A DNA stretch of 64,000 nt, taken from an uncultured Methanospirillum sp. GTDB taxonomy: Archaea; Halobacteriota; Methanomicrobia; Methanomicrobiales; Methanospirillaceae. The stretch is taken from the NCBI GenBank assembly GCA_964637135.1, contig CAZWTX010000003.1, positions 62,001 through 126,000 of the forward strand. The letters are read 5' to 3'. The notes beneath the pieces were generated by a model, which saw only the letters and a list, made by a program, of their open reading frames with translations, was not told the DNA's origin and made no database searches. Of this stretch, positions 10,072-19,449 are shown piece by piece (the first letter of the stretch is position 1; every line of letters starts with the position of its first letter). A program made the translations under genes and the position numbers.

Positions 10072-12084
10072 ATGAACCTGTTAGACCAGTGGTTTCCGTA
10101 TCAGTCTTATCGTCCGGGTCAGGAAGAGATGCTCAGGGTTTCCGCAGAATATGCAGCATCCGGAGGCCTTCTCCTGATTGATGCGCCCACTGGTTCAGGG
10201 AAATCTAGCGTGGTATCTGCCCTCCTGAACGAACGAAACGGCCGTCTGATCATCGTGGCCGTAAGAACGATTTCACAACTAACCACCTATGTACGAGAAC
10301 TCGACCTGATCAGGAAAAAACAGTCGTCACTGAAGTACTCGTATCTTATCGGAAAATCAGCGATGTGCCCTCTCGGGGGAATGGGTGACGTGTACCACAA
10401 ATGCGAAACAGTGAAAATGTTCTCCACAGCCCTGATCAAAGAACGGGCAGAACGGGGATCACTGAATCCTTTCCGTGATCCGGTCATTATCCAGCAAATT
10501 AAGAAAAATGATCCTGATCACCCGATACTCTGCCCTTTTTTCATCAGGAGCAAGACAGCCGTTACAAGCGAGAAAGGAGGGGGAATCCGGATTATTCCTT
10601 CAGAAGAATGCCGGAGATTAGCCGATAAAATTGCCGGGACCAGAACCGACCCCCAGGGAATCGACACAACATGCGACGGGATTTGTCCGTACGAGGTGAT
10701 GGTGCAGGCATCCCAGCATGTCGATGTGCTCATCTGTAATTACCACCATCTCTTCGATGACCAGATCCGTGAACAACTCTACCTGAACCTGCAGAAAGAA
10801 CCAGGAGACATTATCCTCCTTCTCGATGAGGCACATAACTGCGGTGATGTCATGCAGGACATTCATTCGGTCTCCCTTGATCAGCAGGCACTTGAACAGG
10901 CTGATCGCGATATTACCACCCTCAGGAGGGAGGTAAAGGATCTCGAGGCTGTCAGGAGACTGTTTCCCCAGATATCACGGTTCATGGACGGCCTGAAACG
11001 ATCACCTGAGATAGAGGACTGGTTTGATCCCACCCTCTTCTCACGGATGATCCTGAAGGAATCCTTTTACACGAGCCTTGAAGAGGTCGTTGATAACCTG
11101 ATGAAACTGAACGAGGCTATCACCGAAGCAAACTCGAAACGCGGGGATTACCGGACGACAGGGATAGAACGGTTATGTAACTTCCTGTACCGGATGAATC
11201 TCGCCCTCCAGGGCCCGTCGTACCTCACCATCTATCACAAGGATCAGGAGAAGATATCCCTTGAAGTAAGAAGCATCGACTCGGCCCCAGCCCTGTCTGC
11301 TCTGGTAAAAGAGCACCATGCAACCGTCCTCATATCAGGAACCCTCTCCCCTCTCGAAAGTTACGAGATGCTCTTCTTCAGAACCCTTACCGGGGTAAGA
11401 ACCGGAAGATTCTCCCTCCCGAATGCATTCCCACGGGAAAACCGGCAGGTTCTGGCCGCTTCGGACATCACCTCGGCTTTTTCTATGAGACAGGATGCGG
11501 ACAACGCACAGAGAATTACCCGTTACATCCAGGAATTCTCCCGGTATCCGGGAAACCTTGCGGTTTATTTCCCATCATACCAGACATTGGAAACTGCGGT
11601 GAGGGATACGGAGCAGTTCCTTGACAGGCATGAACTCTTCGTTGAACCCAAGGATAGCGGGGAGGCACAGGAACTTCTCTCCCGGTTCATGAATCTCCCG
11701 AAAAAAGGAAAAGCGGGCATACTGTTCGCCGTCTGTGGTGGCAAATGTTCTGAGGGGCTCGATTACCGCGGTGATATGCTCACCGGTGCCATGGTTTTCG
11801 GGCTGCCGCTTGCCCCTTGGAACCGGGTCAGGCAGATGATCATAGATTATTATGTTCAGAAATACGGCCAGGAAGGAAGATTCCTCGGGTATACCCTCCC
11901 TGCCCTTAATAAGGTCCAGCAGGCATTGGGGAGGGTCCTGCGGACCCCGCAGGATAAGGGAATCCTGATATTCGGGGAAAAGCGGTTTCTTGACGAGCAG
12001 ATCAGAAAGCGGCTTCCCTCTTGGATCCAGGAAGAACTTACTCCGGTAACGATAGAGACGTTTCCCGGGTTTTTCAAACCATGA
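10072..12084 (+). CDS. XPD/Rad3/DinG-family Fe-S DNA helicase
   Basis: Q motif YRPGQ, Walker A APTGSGKS, Cys cluster ending CPYE, DEAHN, SGTLSP, SEGLDY and QALGRVLR. Confidence 0.92.
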   Translation: MNLLDQWFPYQSYRPGQEEMLRVSAEYAASGGLLLIDAPTGSGKSSVVSALLNERNGRLIIVAVRTISQLTTYVRELDLIRKKQSSLKYSYLIGKSAMCPLGGMGDVYHKCETVKMFSTALIKERAERGSLNPFRDPVIIQQIKKNDPDHPILCPFFIRSKTAVTSEKGGGIRIIPSEECRRLADKIAGTRTDPQGIDTTCDGICPYEVMVQASQHVDVLICNYHHLFDDQIREQLYLNLQKEPGDIILLLDEAHNCGDVMQDIHSVSLDQQALEQADRDITTLRREVKDLEAVRRLFPQISRFMDGLKRSPEIEDWFDPTLFSRMILKESFYTSLEEVVDNLMKLNEAITEANSKRGDYRTTGIERLCNFLYRMNLALQGPSYLTIYHKDQEKISLEVRSIDSAPALSALVKEHHATVLISGTLSPLESYEMLFFRTLTGVRTGRFSLPNAFPRENRQVLAASDITSAFSMRQDADNAQRITRYIQEFSRYPGNLAVYFPSYQTLETAVRDTEQFLDRHELFVEPKDSGEAQELLSRFMNLPKKGKAGILFAVCGGKCSEGLDYRGDMLTGAMVFGLPLAPWNRVRQMIIDYYVQKYGQEGRFLGYTLPALNKVQQALGRVLRTPQDKGILIFGEKRFLDEQIRKRLPSWIQEELTPVTIETFPGFFKP

Positions 12085-12575
12085 CAATCAGGGAGGGAAC
12101 GGTTCCGTTCGGACTCTGGCATGTGTATGTGAGATGGGACGGGGACCTGGTATACCAGGTCAGGTTTGTAAGAAAACCGGTCCCGGGACCGGTTCCCGGT
12201 GAGATCTCTCGGTTTCTTGCCGGGAAGGAGACCCGCCTTGAACCGCTCAGGAGTGTTCTCCTTGAGGAGAAGGGCAATTATTCAGATATTTATCAGGCAG
12301 TCTCCGCAATCCCCTACGGTACGACCTGTTCCTACGGAGAAATTGCAAACCGGGTAAACACCCATGCCCGGGTTGTCGGTATGGCAATGAAACGTAATAC
12401 GACTCCCCTCTGCATCCCCTGTCACCGGGTGGTGTCAGCATCCGGGGGGCCGGGCGGGTTCACCCCGGATCCCCAAATAAAAACAGATCTGCTCTCCCTG
12501 GAGAAGGGAGTCATGTTGAAAGAAAAAAAGAGGACATCAGCCCCCTCCTCTTCATGTAGGCTGGATGAACCATGA
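12081..12575 (+). CDS. ogt: Methylated-DNA--protein-cysteine methyltransferase
   Basis: IPYG...SYGEIA HTH and active site IPCHRVV; ATGA overlap with the helicase stop. Confidence 0.92.
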   Translation: MTIREGTVPFGLWHVYVRWDGDLVYQVRFVRKPVPGPVPGEISRFLAGKETRLEPLRSVLLEEKGNYSDIYQAVSAIPYGTTCSYGEIANRVNTHARVVGMAMKRNTTPLCIPCHRVVSASGGPGGFTPDPQIKTDLLSLEKGVMLKEKKRTSAPSSSCRLDEP

Positions 12576-13201
12576 CCACCACCAAAGACGGTCCCCTGCG
12601 TTCGGCACTCATACTCATCGGCGGAAAAGCAACACGTGCAGAAGGGAGAGAAAAATTCCTCTTCGCGTTCCACGGGAGGCCATTTATTGAACATCAGGCA
12701 GCAATAATCCGGACCATCTGCCAGGAGATCGTTCTCGTTGCACGGGACAGGGAACAGTGCAGAACAGTTCACCAGTACCTCCCGCTTCCCTGTATCGCAG
12801 ATATCAGAAGAGAGAAAGGCCCCATGGGGGCCCTCCATGCCGGGGTAAAAAAGGTCAGTAGCGAAGTCGTTTTCGTTACCGCATGTGATATGCCACTGCT
12901 TTCAGGAGATATTATCAGGTACCTCTTTGAAAAGATCGGGGATGCAGATGCAGCGGTTCCGGTATGGGAAGACGGGACCATTGAACCCTTGCATGCGGTA
13001 TACCGAAGACGAACCGTGCAGGATTACCTGGATACGAATGATGAACAACGGGCGTTCAAAATGATCAGGGATATCAACTCTGTCCTTGTTCCGGTCGGGG
13101 AGTTACAGAAATTTGATCCCAATCTGTATACTTTTTTAAATATAAATGATATAGAGGCTCTGAACCAGTTCAGAGATTATCACGAATCCGACCGGAAATG
13201 A
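12572..13201 (+). CDS. mobA: Molybdenum cofactor guanylyltransferase
   Basis: ILIGGKATR, GPMGAL, ACDMP, EPLHAVY and FLNIN motifs. Confidence 0.9.
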   Translation: MTTTKDGPLRSALILIGGKATRAEGREKFLFAFHGRPFIEHQAAIIRTICQEIVLVARDREQCRTVHQYLPLPCIADIRREKGPMGALHAGVKKVSSEVVFVTACDMPLLSGDIIRYLFEKIGDADAAVPVWEDGTIEPLHAVYRRRTVQDYLDTNDEQRAFKMIRDINSVLVPVGELQKFDPNLYTFLNINDIEALNQFRDYHESDRK

Positions 13202-14378
13202 TCGTTCCATACCCCTTGAGATCATCAAGCATGACCAGCGGATATGAATAACTAGTGACTTGGACGAGGTATGGACCCTGGAGATACACAATACCGCTCT
13301 TCACATTGGTCTCATAACCGTACCCGTCGTCACCGATCACGAGGGGTGACGGGGTATCCGCAGATGCACCTGATTGTATCTCCTGGAATTTCGTTTTTGC
13401 CTCTTCAGGAGTCTGGTACCTGCTGACATCCTGCTGGAACCGGTACCCGGCATCGGGGATAATGAAGGCAGAAGAATAAGAATTCACGGTCTGAACCGGA
13501 TCACCGGCAATTATCCAGGCAGGAGGGAGATCTGCATCGACGAGAAAAACGGGGGGAATGCCGCCTGACCCGGATTTCTGTGCCTCGATTGCGTCACGTG
13601 TCTCAACATACCGCTGCAGTGTCGCTTCGTTGATAGCAAGTTTCATCGTGACATTTGCGTGTATTTTGTCACCCAGCATGTCAAACTGATAGGATCCTCC
13701 CCGCTGAAGCCGTACTGATTTATTTTCAAGGCTGTGGCTTCTTCCAAATCCTTCATTCAGCACTTCTTCACCAGTTTCACGGTTATAGACCCGTATCTCA
13801 AACCAGGCATCCTGTGAAGGCCTGTTCACCTGGTGCTCAATCATCCCTTCCTTGTCCCCGGTTCGCTTCTCGTGGGCAATGATATCAGTTGTCATATTCG
13901 GGGCAAAAGTCAGATCGATGAACAGGGGCGGGGTCGTGAGGTTATATGCAAAGGCAACCGCTTCATTGTTAAAGGTTTTATTAAATGAATATATCGGGAG
14001 GTATTGCTGATCCGGGGCAAGTCCGCTGCGTTCGTAGAGCTTTGAATACTGCTGGTTCCGGGAAGTCAGGCCCTGGGTGGATACCGGCTGGACCGGAATG
14101 ACTGAATCACCAGGTACATCAGGTAGTGCAGGGTTAATTGAGGCATCACTCCCCTGATCCTGAGAAGATGATCCGGGTTGCGTCGATTCAGGGGATTGCT
14201 GACCCTCTCCTCTCTCTCCCGCGGAGAGACCGTCACCGTTCTCTCCTGCCGGACCGTAGGAAGATGCGTCACCTGATCCGGCAGAAGGAGTCACCTCAAT
14301 GCACCCAGGAATAAGAATCAGCCCGATGATTAGTATAAAAATAAGAAACCGATTCTGCAGGATTATTTTCCGGTCCAT
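13170..14378 (-). CDS. Hypothetical lipoprotein/secreted protein
   Basis: Hydrophobic leader ending in lipobox LIPGC, then a Ser/Gly/Gln-rich linker and globular regions; no family recognised. Confidence 0.7.
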   Translation of the reverse strand: MDRKIILQNRFLIFILIIGLILIPGCIEVTPSAGSGDASSYGPAGENGDGLSAGERGEGQQSPESTQPGSSSQDQGSDASINPALPDVPGDSVIPVQPVSTQGLTSRNQQYSKLYERSGLAPDQQYLPIYSFNKTFNNEAVAFAYNLTTPPLFIDLTFAPNMTTDIIAHEKRTGDKEGMIEHQVNRPSQDAWFEIRVYNRETGEEVLNEGFGRSHSLENKSVRLQRGGSYQFDMLGDKIHANVTMKLAINEATLQRYVETRDAIEAQKSGSGGIPPVFLVDADLPPAWIIAGDPVQTVNSYSSAFIIPDAGYRFQQDVSRYQTPEEAKTKFQEIQSGASADTPSPLVIGDDGYGYETNVKSGIVYLQGPYLVQVTSYSYPLVMLDDLKGYGTIISGRIRDNL

Positions 14379-14479
14379 AGTTACAGATCTGGAACAGAAG
14401 ATTATGTACTTACTCCTCACCAGGGATGCTGAAATGAGAGGTACGTTTAAATATTCCCGTATATAATGGGAGATAGCGG

Positions 14480-14761
14480 ATGAAGTATCTCAATTTCAGG
14501 TTATGGGGTCCGTTTTATGTGATCGGCCTGGCCATCGTCATGCTCACGATGTGGATGGTCGATGAGGTACGTCCGGGTGGTATTGCTCTCTGGCTGGGAA
14601 GTGTTCTCATCTGCATTCTTGTCGGATTTAACCTGTTCATGATGCGAAACGAGATCAAGGCACATGAAAAGAAGGAAGATAAGGATCGTATCCTCTCAGG
14701 GCTGGAGCCGATTGATCGGAACAGGAAAGGATTCCTTTCCCGGAAAGAGAAAAAATCGTAA
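14480..14761 (+). CDS. Small 2-TM hypothetical membrane protein
   Basis: Two hydrophobic segments and a charged tail; fills the gap; GGGAG upstream. Confidence 0.7.
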   Translation: MKYLNFRLWGPFYVIGLAIVMLTMWMVDEVRPGGIALWLGSVLICILVGFNLFMMRNEIKAHEKKEDKDRILSGLEPIDRNRKGFLSRKEKKS

Positions 14762-14764
14762 TAT

Positions 14765-15622
14765 TCAGGATGCCTGTTCCTTCCTCTGGAATACCTTCAG
14801 CATCGGTTTGTATGGTTTGAAGAGATGTTCCACGTCTTTGGCCATGTATTCTGACATCCCCATGATATAGAATCCGTCTTTTCCAAGACTTTCATATACC
14901 AGTTTCACGAGGTCTTTCTTCTGTTGTTCATTAAAATAAATGGTGACGTTACGGCAGGAGACCATATCGAAGGATTTCCCGATTTGAACCGCCTTCATCA
15001 GGTCATGTGGCTTGAACTGAACCATCTGCCTGAGATGATCCTTTACCGAGTATTTTCCATCCTCTAATTTGTCAAAATGACGGGATATCTGCACCTCAGA
15101 GAGGTTTTCAAGCGCATTTTTCTCATAAATCCCCTGCTTTGCCTTCTTTATCATCTCTTCATCGATATCAGTGGCAATTATTGCATTATTAAAGGTTATT
15201 CCTGACTTTCCGAGTTCATGCAGGATCAGGGCATACGTATACGGTTCTTCGCCAGATGAACATCCGGCACTCCAGATCTTGATCGTTCGTTTATCCCTGA
15301 GAACCGCAGGGAAGATCTCCTTTTTCACAAGATCAAAGACGTCAGGATCCCGGTAAAATTTCGTGACATTGATCGTGAGGGCATTGCGGAGTTTCTCCTC
15401 TTCCTCGGGATGGGTTTTAAGATACTGGAGGTACTCGACAAAATTCTTTGACCGGGTCGAATTCATCCTGGAGAGGAGCCTGCGTTTCACGTAATCCGGT
15501 TTATAATTAGATAAATGAATATTCAGCCGTTTTTCAACATCAAGAATGAGTTCGGGGAGACCTTTCTCACTTATCTGTGGTACATTAATGACAGGAAAGA
15601 CGGGGGGGAGTTTTTTATCCAT
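14765..15622 (-). CDS. cheR: Chemotaxis methyltransferase CheR
   Basis: TINVTKFYRD, IWSAGCSSGEEPYT, ATDID and CRNVTIYF motifs. Confidence 0.96.
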   Translation of the reverse strand: MDKKLPPVFPVINVPQISEKGLPELILDVEKRLNIHLSNYKPDYVKRRLLSRMNSTRSKNFVEYLQYLKTHPEEEEKLRNALTINVTKFYRDPDVFDLVKKEIFPAVLRDKRTIKIWSAGCSSGEEPYTYALILHELGKSGITFNNAIIATDIDEEMIKKAKQGIYEKNALENLSEVQISRHFDKLEDGKYSVKDHLRQMVQFKPHDLMKAVQIGKSFDMVSCRNVTIYFNEQQKKDLVKLVYESLGKDGFYIMGMSEYMAKDVEHLFKPYKPMLKVFQRKEQAS

Positions 15623-15649
15623 GGCTGGTGTTCCTTTCGGCGGGGATAT

Positions 15650-18418
15650 TCAGGAAGAACCCTGTATTCCGGACAATATCTCTCCCATATCCAGCCAGAT
15701 GACAAGCTGTGCCTTGTCCGTCTCGCCGCTACGCTTATCGAGGATATCATCCTGTGATATCTTAATTATCCCTTTGATATGAGTATGTATCTGAGCATTT
15801 ATATCCTCCCCAAGAGACGTGACCTGACGCACCGGTACCTCGGTTACACTTCTGACGGTATCCACGATGATGCCGACATGCTCACCCTGGGTGACATCTG
15901 ACGGGATGATGATGATCTTCTGACCGCTCCGATCCTTCCTGACACCTTCTCCCAGGAGAACAGCCAGATCGACAATATGGGTCACCTCGCCACGCAGGTT
16001 GATGATGCCTACCACGTACGGGGGCGTCTTGGGAAGCGGTGTAATCGGCAACATCTCAACTACTTCCCTGACCATCGAGATATCCATCGCATACCGCTCA
16101 CCGGTTAATTCAAACTCAACGATATCCACCTCACCGGTATGTGCTTCCTGTAGGGCGAACATTGACGACGTCTCTTCGGCATGCCTGCTTTTCAGAAGTT
16201 CAATCTCAGAACCCCGGGTTGTTAATTCGGTCTGAAGGGAAGAGATCCTCGTCACCGGGGCAGAGATGTCCACAAACTGGTGGAGTATCCGATCACCGGA
16301 TGGATCCATCCGGGCCGGGGTATGGAGGTAGATGTTCTGCCGGATCCTGACCGGCGGGTACAGGGATGAAAACCCATCAGGTGTCTGGACCGGTCTGATA
16401 CACTCACCAAGAGTCATCCCGGTTCCGGATGATGTATCAAGCCCCGCAGCCTCCCTGAAGGCATCATTACACAGGAGGATCCGTTCATCTGAATCGGTGA
16501 TTACCCCCGGACCGATGAGGCCGGAAAGATCCGGATTACAGGGAGCGATAGCCGTACCCAGGGAAGCGGGGGGAGACATTTCAGATTTTTTACCTTTGTC
16601 CGCTGTGGTCGCCGGATCTTCAGCCGTTGACTGGAGAATAAGGACTGATAGCCCGCCAGGAGAGGGTGCAGGGATGATCAGAACGGAGTATTCACCACGG
16701 CCCCACGGGGAATCAATCGTAATGGCTTTCTCAAGAAGAACAGGATCTGATGAGGATACATCGGTCGAGATACCGAGTTCAGCAAGATCTGAACCGGCGA
16801 GATCGGCAGATGAAAGACCCATTATTTCCGCGAATGACTCATTAACCGCGTATATCCGATGACCTGACGAGAATAATGCAGTCGGAGCCGGGCTCATATC
16901 GAGGAGAACCCGGGCAACATGGGAATCTCCGACCATATCCGTGCCCGGTACCTGCCGTTCCGCCCGATATTCTTCATTACGGGGGTTTACGGCCGGAGCG
17001 GGCGGGATATTGAGAGGAATCCGGGATTCGCCGGGCTGACCGGAGGAGGTGTCCTGGAGGATGAGAACTGAAAGATCGTCGTCGCTGCCCCCGGGAATGA
17101 TGAGAACGGAATATTCACCGCGGCCCCACGGGGAATCAAACGTGATCGTCCTGTCGAGGAGGATCGGTCCGCTTGCGGATATGTCAGCAGGGATTCCCAG
17201 TTCGACAAGATCTGACCCCGTCAGATCGGAAGATGAGAGACCCATGATCTCGGCGAACGATTCGTTGGATGCGAAGATCTTCAGGTCTCGTGAATACAGG
17301 GCTGCCGGGGCAGGATTCATATCAAGGAGAACCCGGGCAAGCTGGTGATCACCGGTCTGACCGGCATCAGATCCGTCCGGAGATTCAATTTGGCCATCCG
17401 GGGCGTCTGAGTCCGTTTCCACGCACACGAGGAGAAAATACGGATTATCTGATGCGGATCCCAGGGAATTTACCTCAAGCCAGACCTTTCCGGTAGCCCC
17501 GTCGTATCTCATAATCTCGGTTTCCATCGAAAGGGGCATGTCTGCTTCCTCCAGGGATCCAAGAGAGCGGACTTCAGGACCAAATCCACAACTCCCGATG
17601 TCCCGGAGATGCACCGTGCTCCGGTCCCTCCCGGTAAGGGACACAAATGCAAGATTTTCCATCCGGATGGTACCATGAGCGTCCAGGACCGCGGATGCAA
17701 CCGGAAAGAGATCAAACGCAACTGCTGCCGGATCACCACGGGGAAAGCCAGGTCGTTCCGGTTCTCCACCCTGCCCTGATAAACCATAGCCACGACCACT
17801 GGCGGACAGGGACTGTTCGACCAGTACCAGGAGCGTCGAGACATCATGATCAAACGGCAGGATCGGTGGCCTGATCGAAATGACCGAATATATCCTTCCG
17901 TCTGGACCCCGTGCCGGTTCATCATATGGAAGATACTGGGAGGCCGGGGGATGACTGGTGGTTATCTCGCTTCTCGAAACACCGAAAAGATCACAGAACG
18001 CTTCGTTTGCGTCATGAATCGCTCCATCAGTATCAGTAAGAACCATCGCCAGTTCATGGTACTGGAAGATCTCAAGTGCCCGGTCAAATTCCGTATGGGC
18101 AGTAATGAGGTCGTTGAGATACGAATCGTGCGTGGAGCGAAGCGTGTTCAGATCAGTCTCAAGGGTGGTGTAGAGTTCGTTGAGGCGGAGAATCTCCTCA
18201 TTCTGATCCTTAATCGTTCCGAGCAGTCTTTTAAGACGAAAAACCACAGGTTCAAAGATCGACGGGAGATCCGGTTCCTCCTCTTCAAGGGTAGCCAGGA
18301 CAGATACAGACTGCTCCAGTACATCCTCCGGGATTATTCCTTTCTTCTCTGGTTTCTTACCTGTGACTGCAAAAAGACCCTTCCTTCCGGAACCCTCCAT
18401 TTCATCCCCCTCAAACAT
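15650..18418 (-). CDS. 922-aa protein: coiled coil, several PAS-like domains, C-terminal CheW domain
   Basis: C-terminal IVEFEL..ERYAMDISMVREVV...ITPLPKTPPYVVGIINLRGEV is CheW. PAS-like segments include DGAIHDANEAFCDLFG, NESFAEIMG twice, and RILLCNDAFREAAG. Confidence 0.85.
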   Translation of the reverse strand: MFEGDEMEGSGRKGLFAVTGKKPEKKGIIPEDVLEQSVSVLATLEEEEPDLPSIFEPVVFRLKRLLGTIKDQNEEILRLNELYTTLETDLNTLRSTHDSYLNDLITAHTEFDRALEIFQYHELAMVLTDTDGAIHDANEAFCDLFGVSRSEITTSHPPASQYLPYDEPARGPDGRIYSVISIRPPILPFDHDVSTLLVLVEQSLSASGRGYGLSGQGGEPERPGFPRGDPAAVAFDLFPVASAVLDAHGTIRMENLAFVSLTGRDRSTVHLRDIGSCGFGPEVRSLGSLEEADMPLSMETEIMRYDGATGKVWLEVNSLGSASDNPYFLLVCVETDSDAPDGQIESPDGSDAGQTGDHQLARVLLDMNPAPAALYSRDLKIFASNESFAEIMGLSSSDLTGSDLVELGIPADISASGPILLDRTITFDSPWGRGEYSVLIIPGGSDDDLSVLILQDTSSGQPGESRIPLNIPPAPAVNPRNEEYRAERQVPGTDMVGDSHVARVLLDMSPAPTALFSSGHRIYAVNESFAEIMGLSSADLAGSDLAELGISTDVSSSDPVLLEKAITIDSPWGRGEYSVLIIPAPSPGGLSVLILQSTAEDPATTADKGKKSEMSPPASLGTAIAPCNPDLSGLIGPGVITDSDERILLCNDAFREAAGLDTSSGTGMTLGECIRPVQTPDGFSSLYPPVRIRQNIYLHTPARMDPSGDRILHQFVDISAPVTRISSLQTELTTRGSEIELLKSRHAEETSSMFALQEAHTGEVDIVEFELTGERYAMDISMVREVVEMLPITPLPKTPPYVVGIINLRGEVTHIVDLAVLLGEGVRKDRSGQKIIIIPSDVTQGEHVGIIVDTVRSVTEVPVRQVTSLGEDINAQIHTHIKGIIKISQDDILDKRSGETDKAQLVIWLDMGEILSGIQGSS
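16631..17338 (-). repeat. Intragenic duplication of a 285-bp PAS-like module (16631-16915 and 17054-17338)
   Basis: Two colinear 95-aa copies, about 70% identical by manual alignment, sharing NESFAEIMGLSS and DSPWGRGEYSVLIIP. Confidence 0.9.
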
Positions 18419-18427
18419 GGTATCCCC

Positions 18428-19276
18428 TTATCCCCACGTATCAATGATTTCTGCTGCCTGAACAAAAAAATCTGCTGCTGAATCTGAAACACCCGCGATC
18501 GTAAGGGGGATCCCCTGCTGGAGAGACCGGGCCAGGAGTTTGCTTTCAGGTATCCGGATTATCGCCGGAAAATGGTCATGAATCTCGTTTTCAACCATGA
18601 TCCTGATATCCATTGAATTCTGTTCAGGAACCGCAGGCGGAGACGAGAGATGGCGCCCGAGCCATCCGATAACCCCTCCGGGGGATGGTTTTTCAGGTTC
18701 AGACCACCGGTTCAGTATTGCCATCCCGGGAGGGACGCTCTTCCCGATAATGTCAGAGATGTCCTGCATGATTATCCGGATATTGCGGTATCCTGCCAGG
18801 GCAAAATTATCTGGTGAAAAGACAAAAACCAGTTTATCTGCAGCCATAATGCCGTTGATAACAAACTGGCCGAGAAACGGGGGGGTATCGATAAGGATGT
18901 GATCATACCGGTCATTGATCTTTGCGATCTCATCACCGAGGATCTGGTACCGGTGTTCATTCTGGTAGAGGTAGACCTCAACACCAGCGAGATCAAGATG
19001 GGACGGGACGAGATCAATCCCGGAGAGCGTGTGAACTATGCAGGAATCAATAGATATCCGGGGTTCATCATCCTGGCACCGGCTTATATAGAGGTGGTAG
19101 ATATTACGGGCAGGAGTATCGGGATGAACACCAAGACCGATCGTGGCATTCGCCTGTGGATCAGTGTCGATAACGAGTACCCGTCTTCCCTTCCGTACCA
19201 GGGCTCCGGCAATCTGAAGACACGAAGTAGTCTTGCCCGTTCCCCCCTTATGGTGCACAAAAGCAACTGTTGTCAA
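18428..19276 (-). CDS. parA: ParA/MinD-family ATPase (chemotaxis-associated)
   Basis: Deviant Walker A KGGTGKTT, VIDTDPQANAT and IDTPP. Start uncertain: TTG 19276 fits the TATA box at ~19311-19318 and a purine-rich RBS; the ORF extends to 19309. Confidence 0.9.
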   Translation of the reverse strand: MTTVAFVHHKGGTGKTTSCLQIAGALVRKGRRVLVIDTDPQANATIGLGVHPDTPARNIYHLYISRCQDDEPRISIDSCIVHTLSGIDLVPSHLDLAGVEVYLYQNEHRYQILGDEIAKINDRYDHILIDTPPFLGQFVINGIMAADKLVFVFSPDNFALAGYRNIRIIMQDISDIIGKSVPPGMAILNRWSEPEKPSPGGVIGWLGRHLSSPPAVPEQNSMDIRIMVENEIHDHFPAIIRIPESKLLARSLQQGIPLTIAGVSDSAADFFVQAAEIIDTWG

Positions 19277-19449
19277 AACACCCCTCTTACCGTACATGCG
19301 TGAATACACCTATATATAATTATTGAAATCTATCCCTGTCGGCAGTATCCTGCTCCGTGCTAATAAAAGAGTCTCCGTGTTTTACAGGATTTTTTTTTGA
19401 GAACCGGGTCATGAATACCTTTATCCATTACAGGACAGAATTCATCAAT

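Noticed and set aside
10072..13201. Helicase-ogt-mobA as a novel functional system
   Set aside because: Three well-known housekeeping genes; the overlaps are explained by genome compaction.
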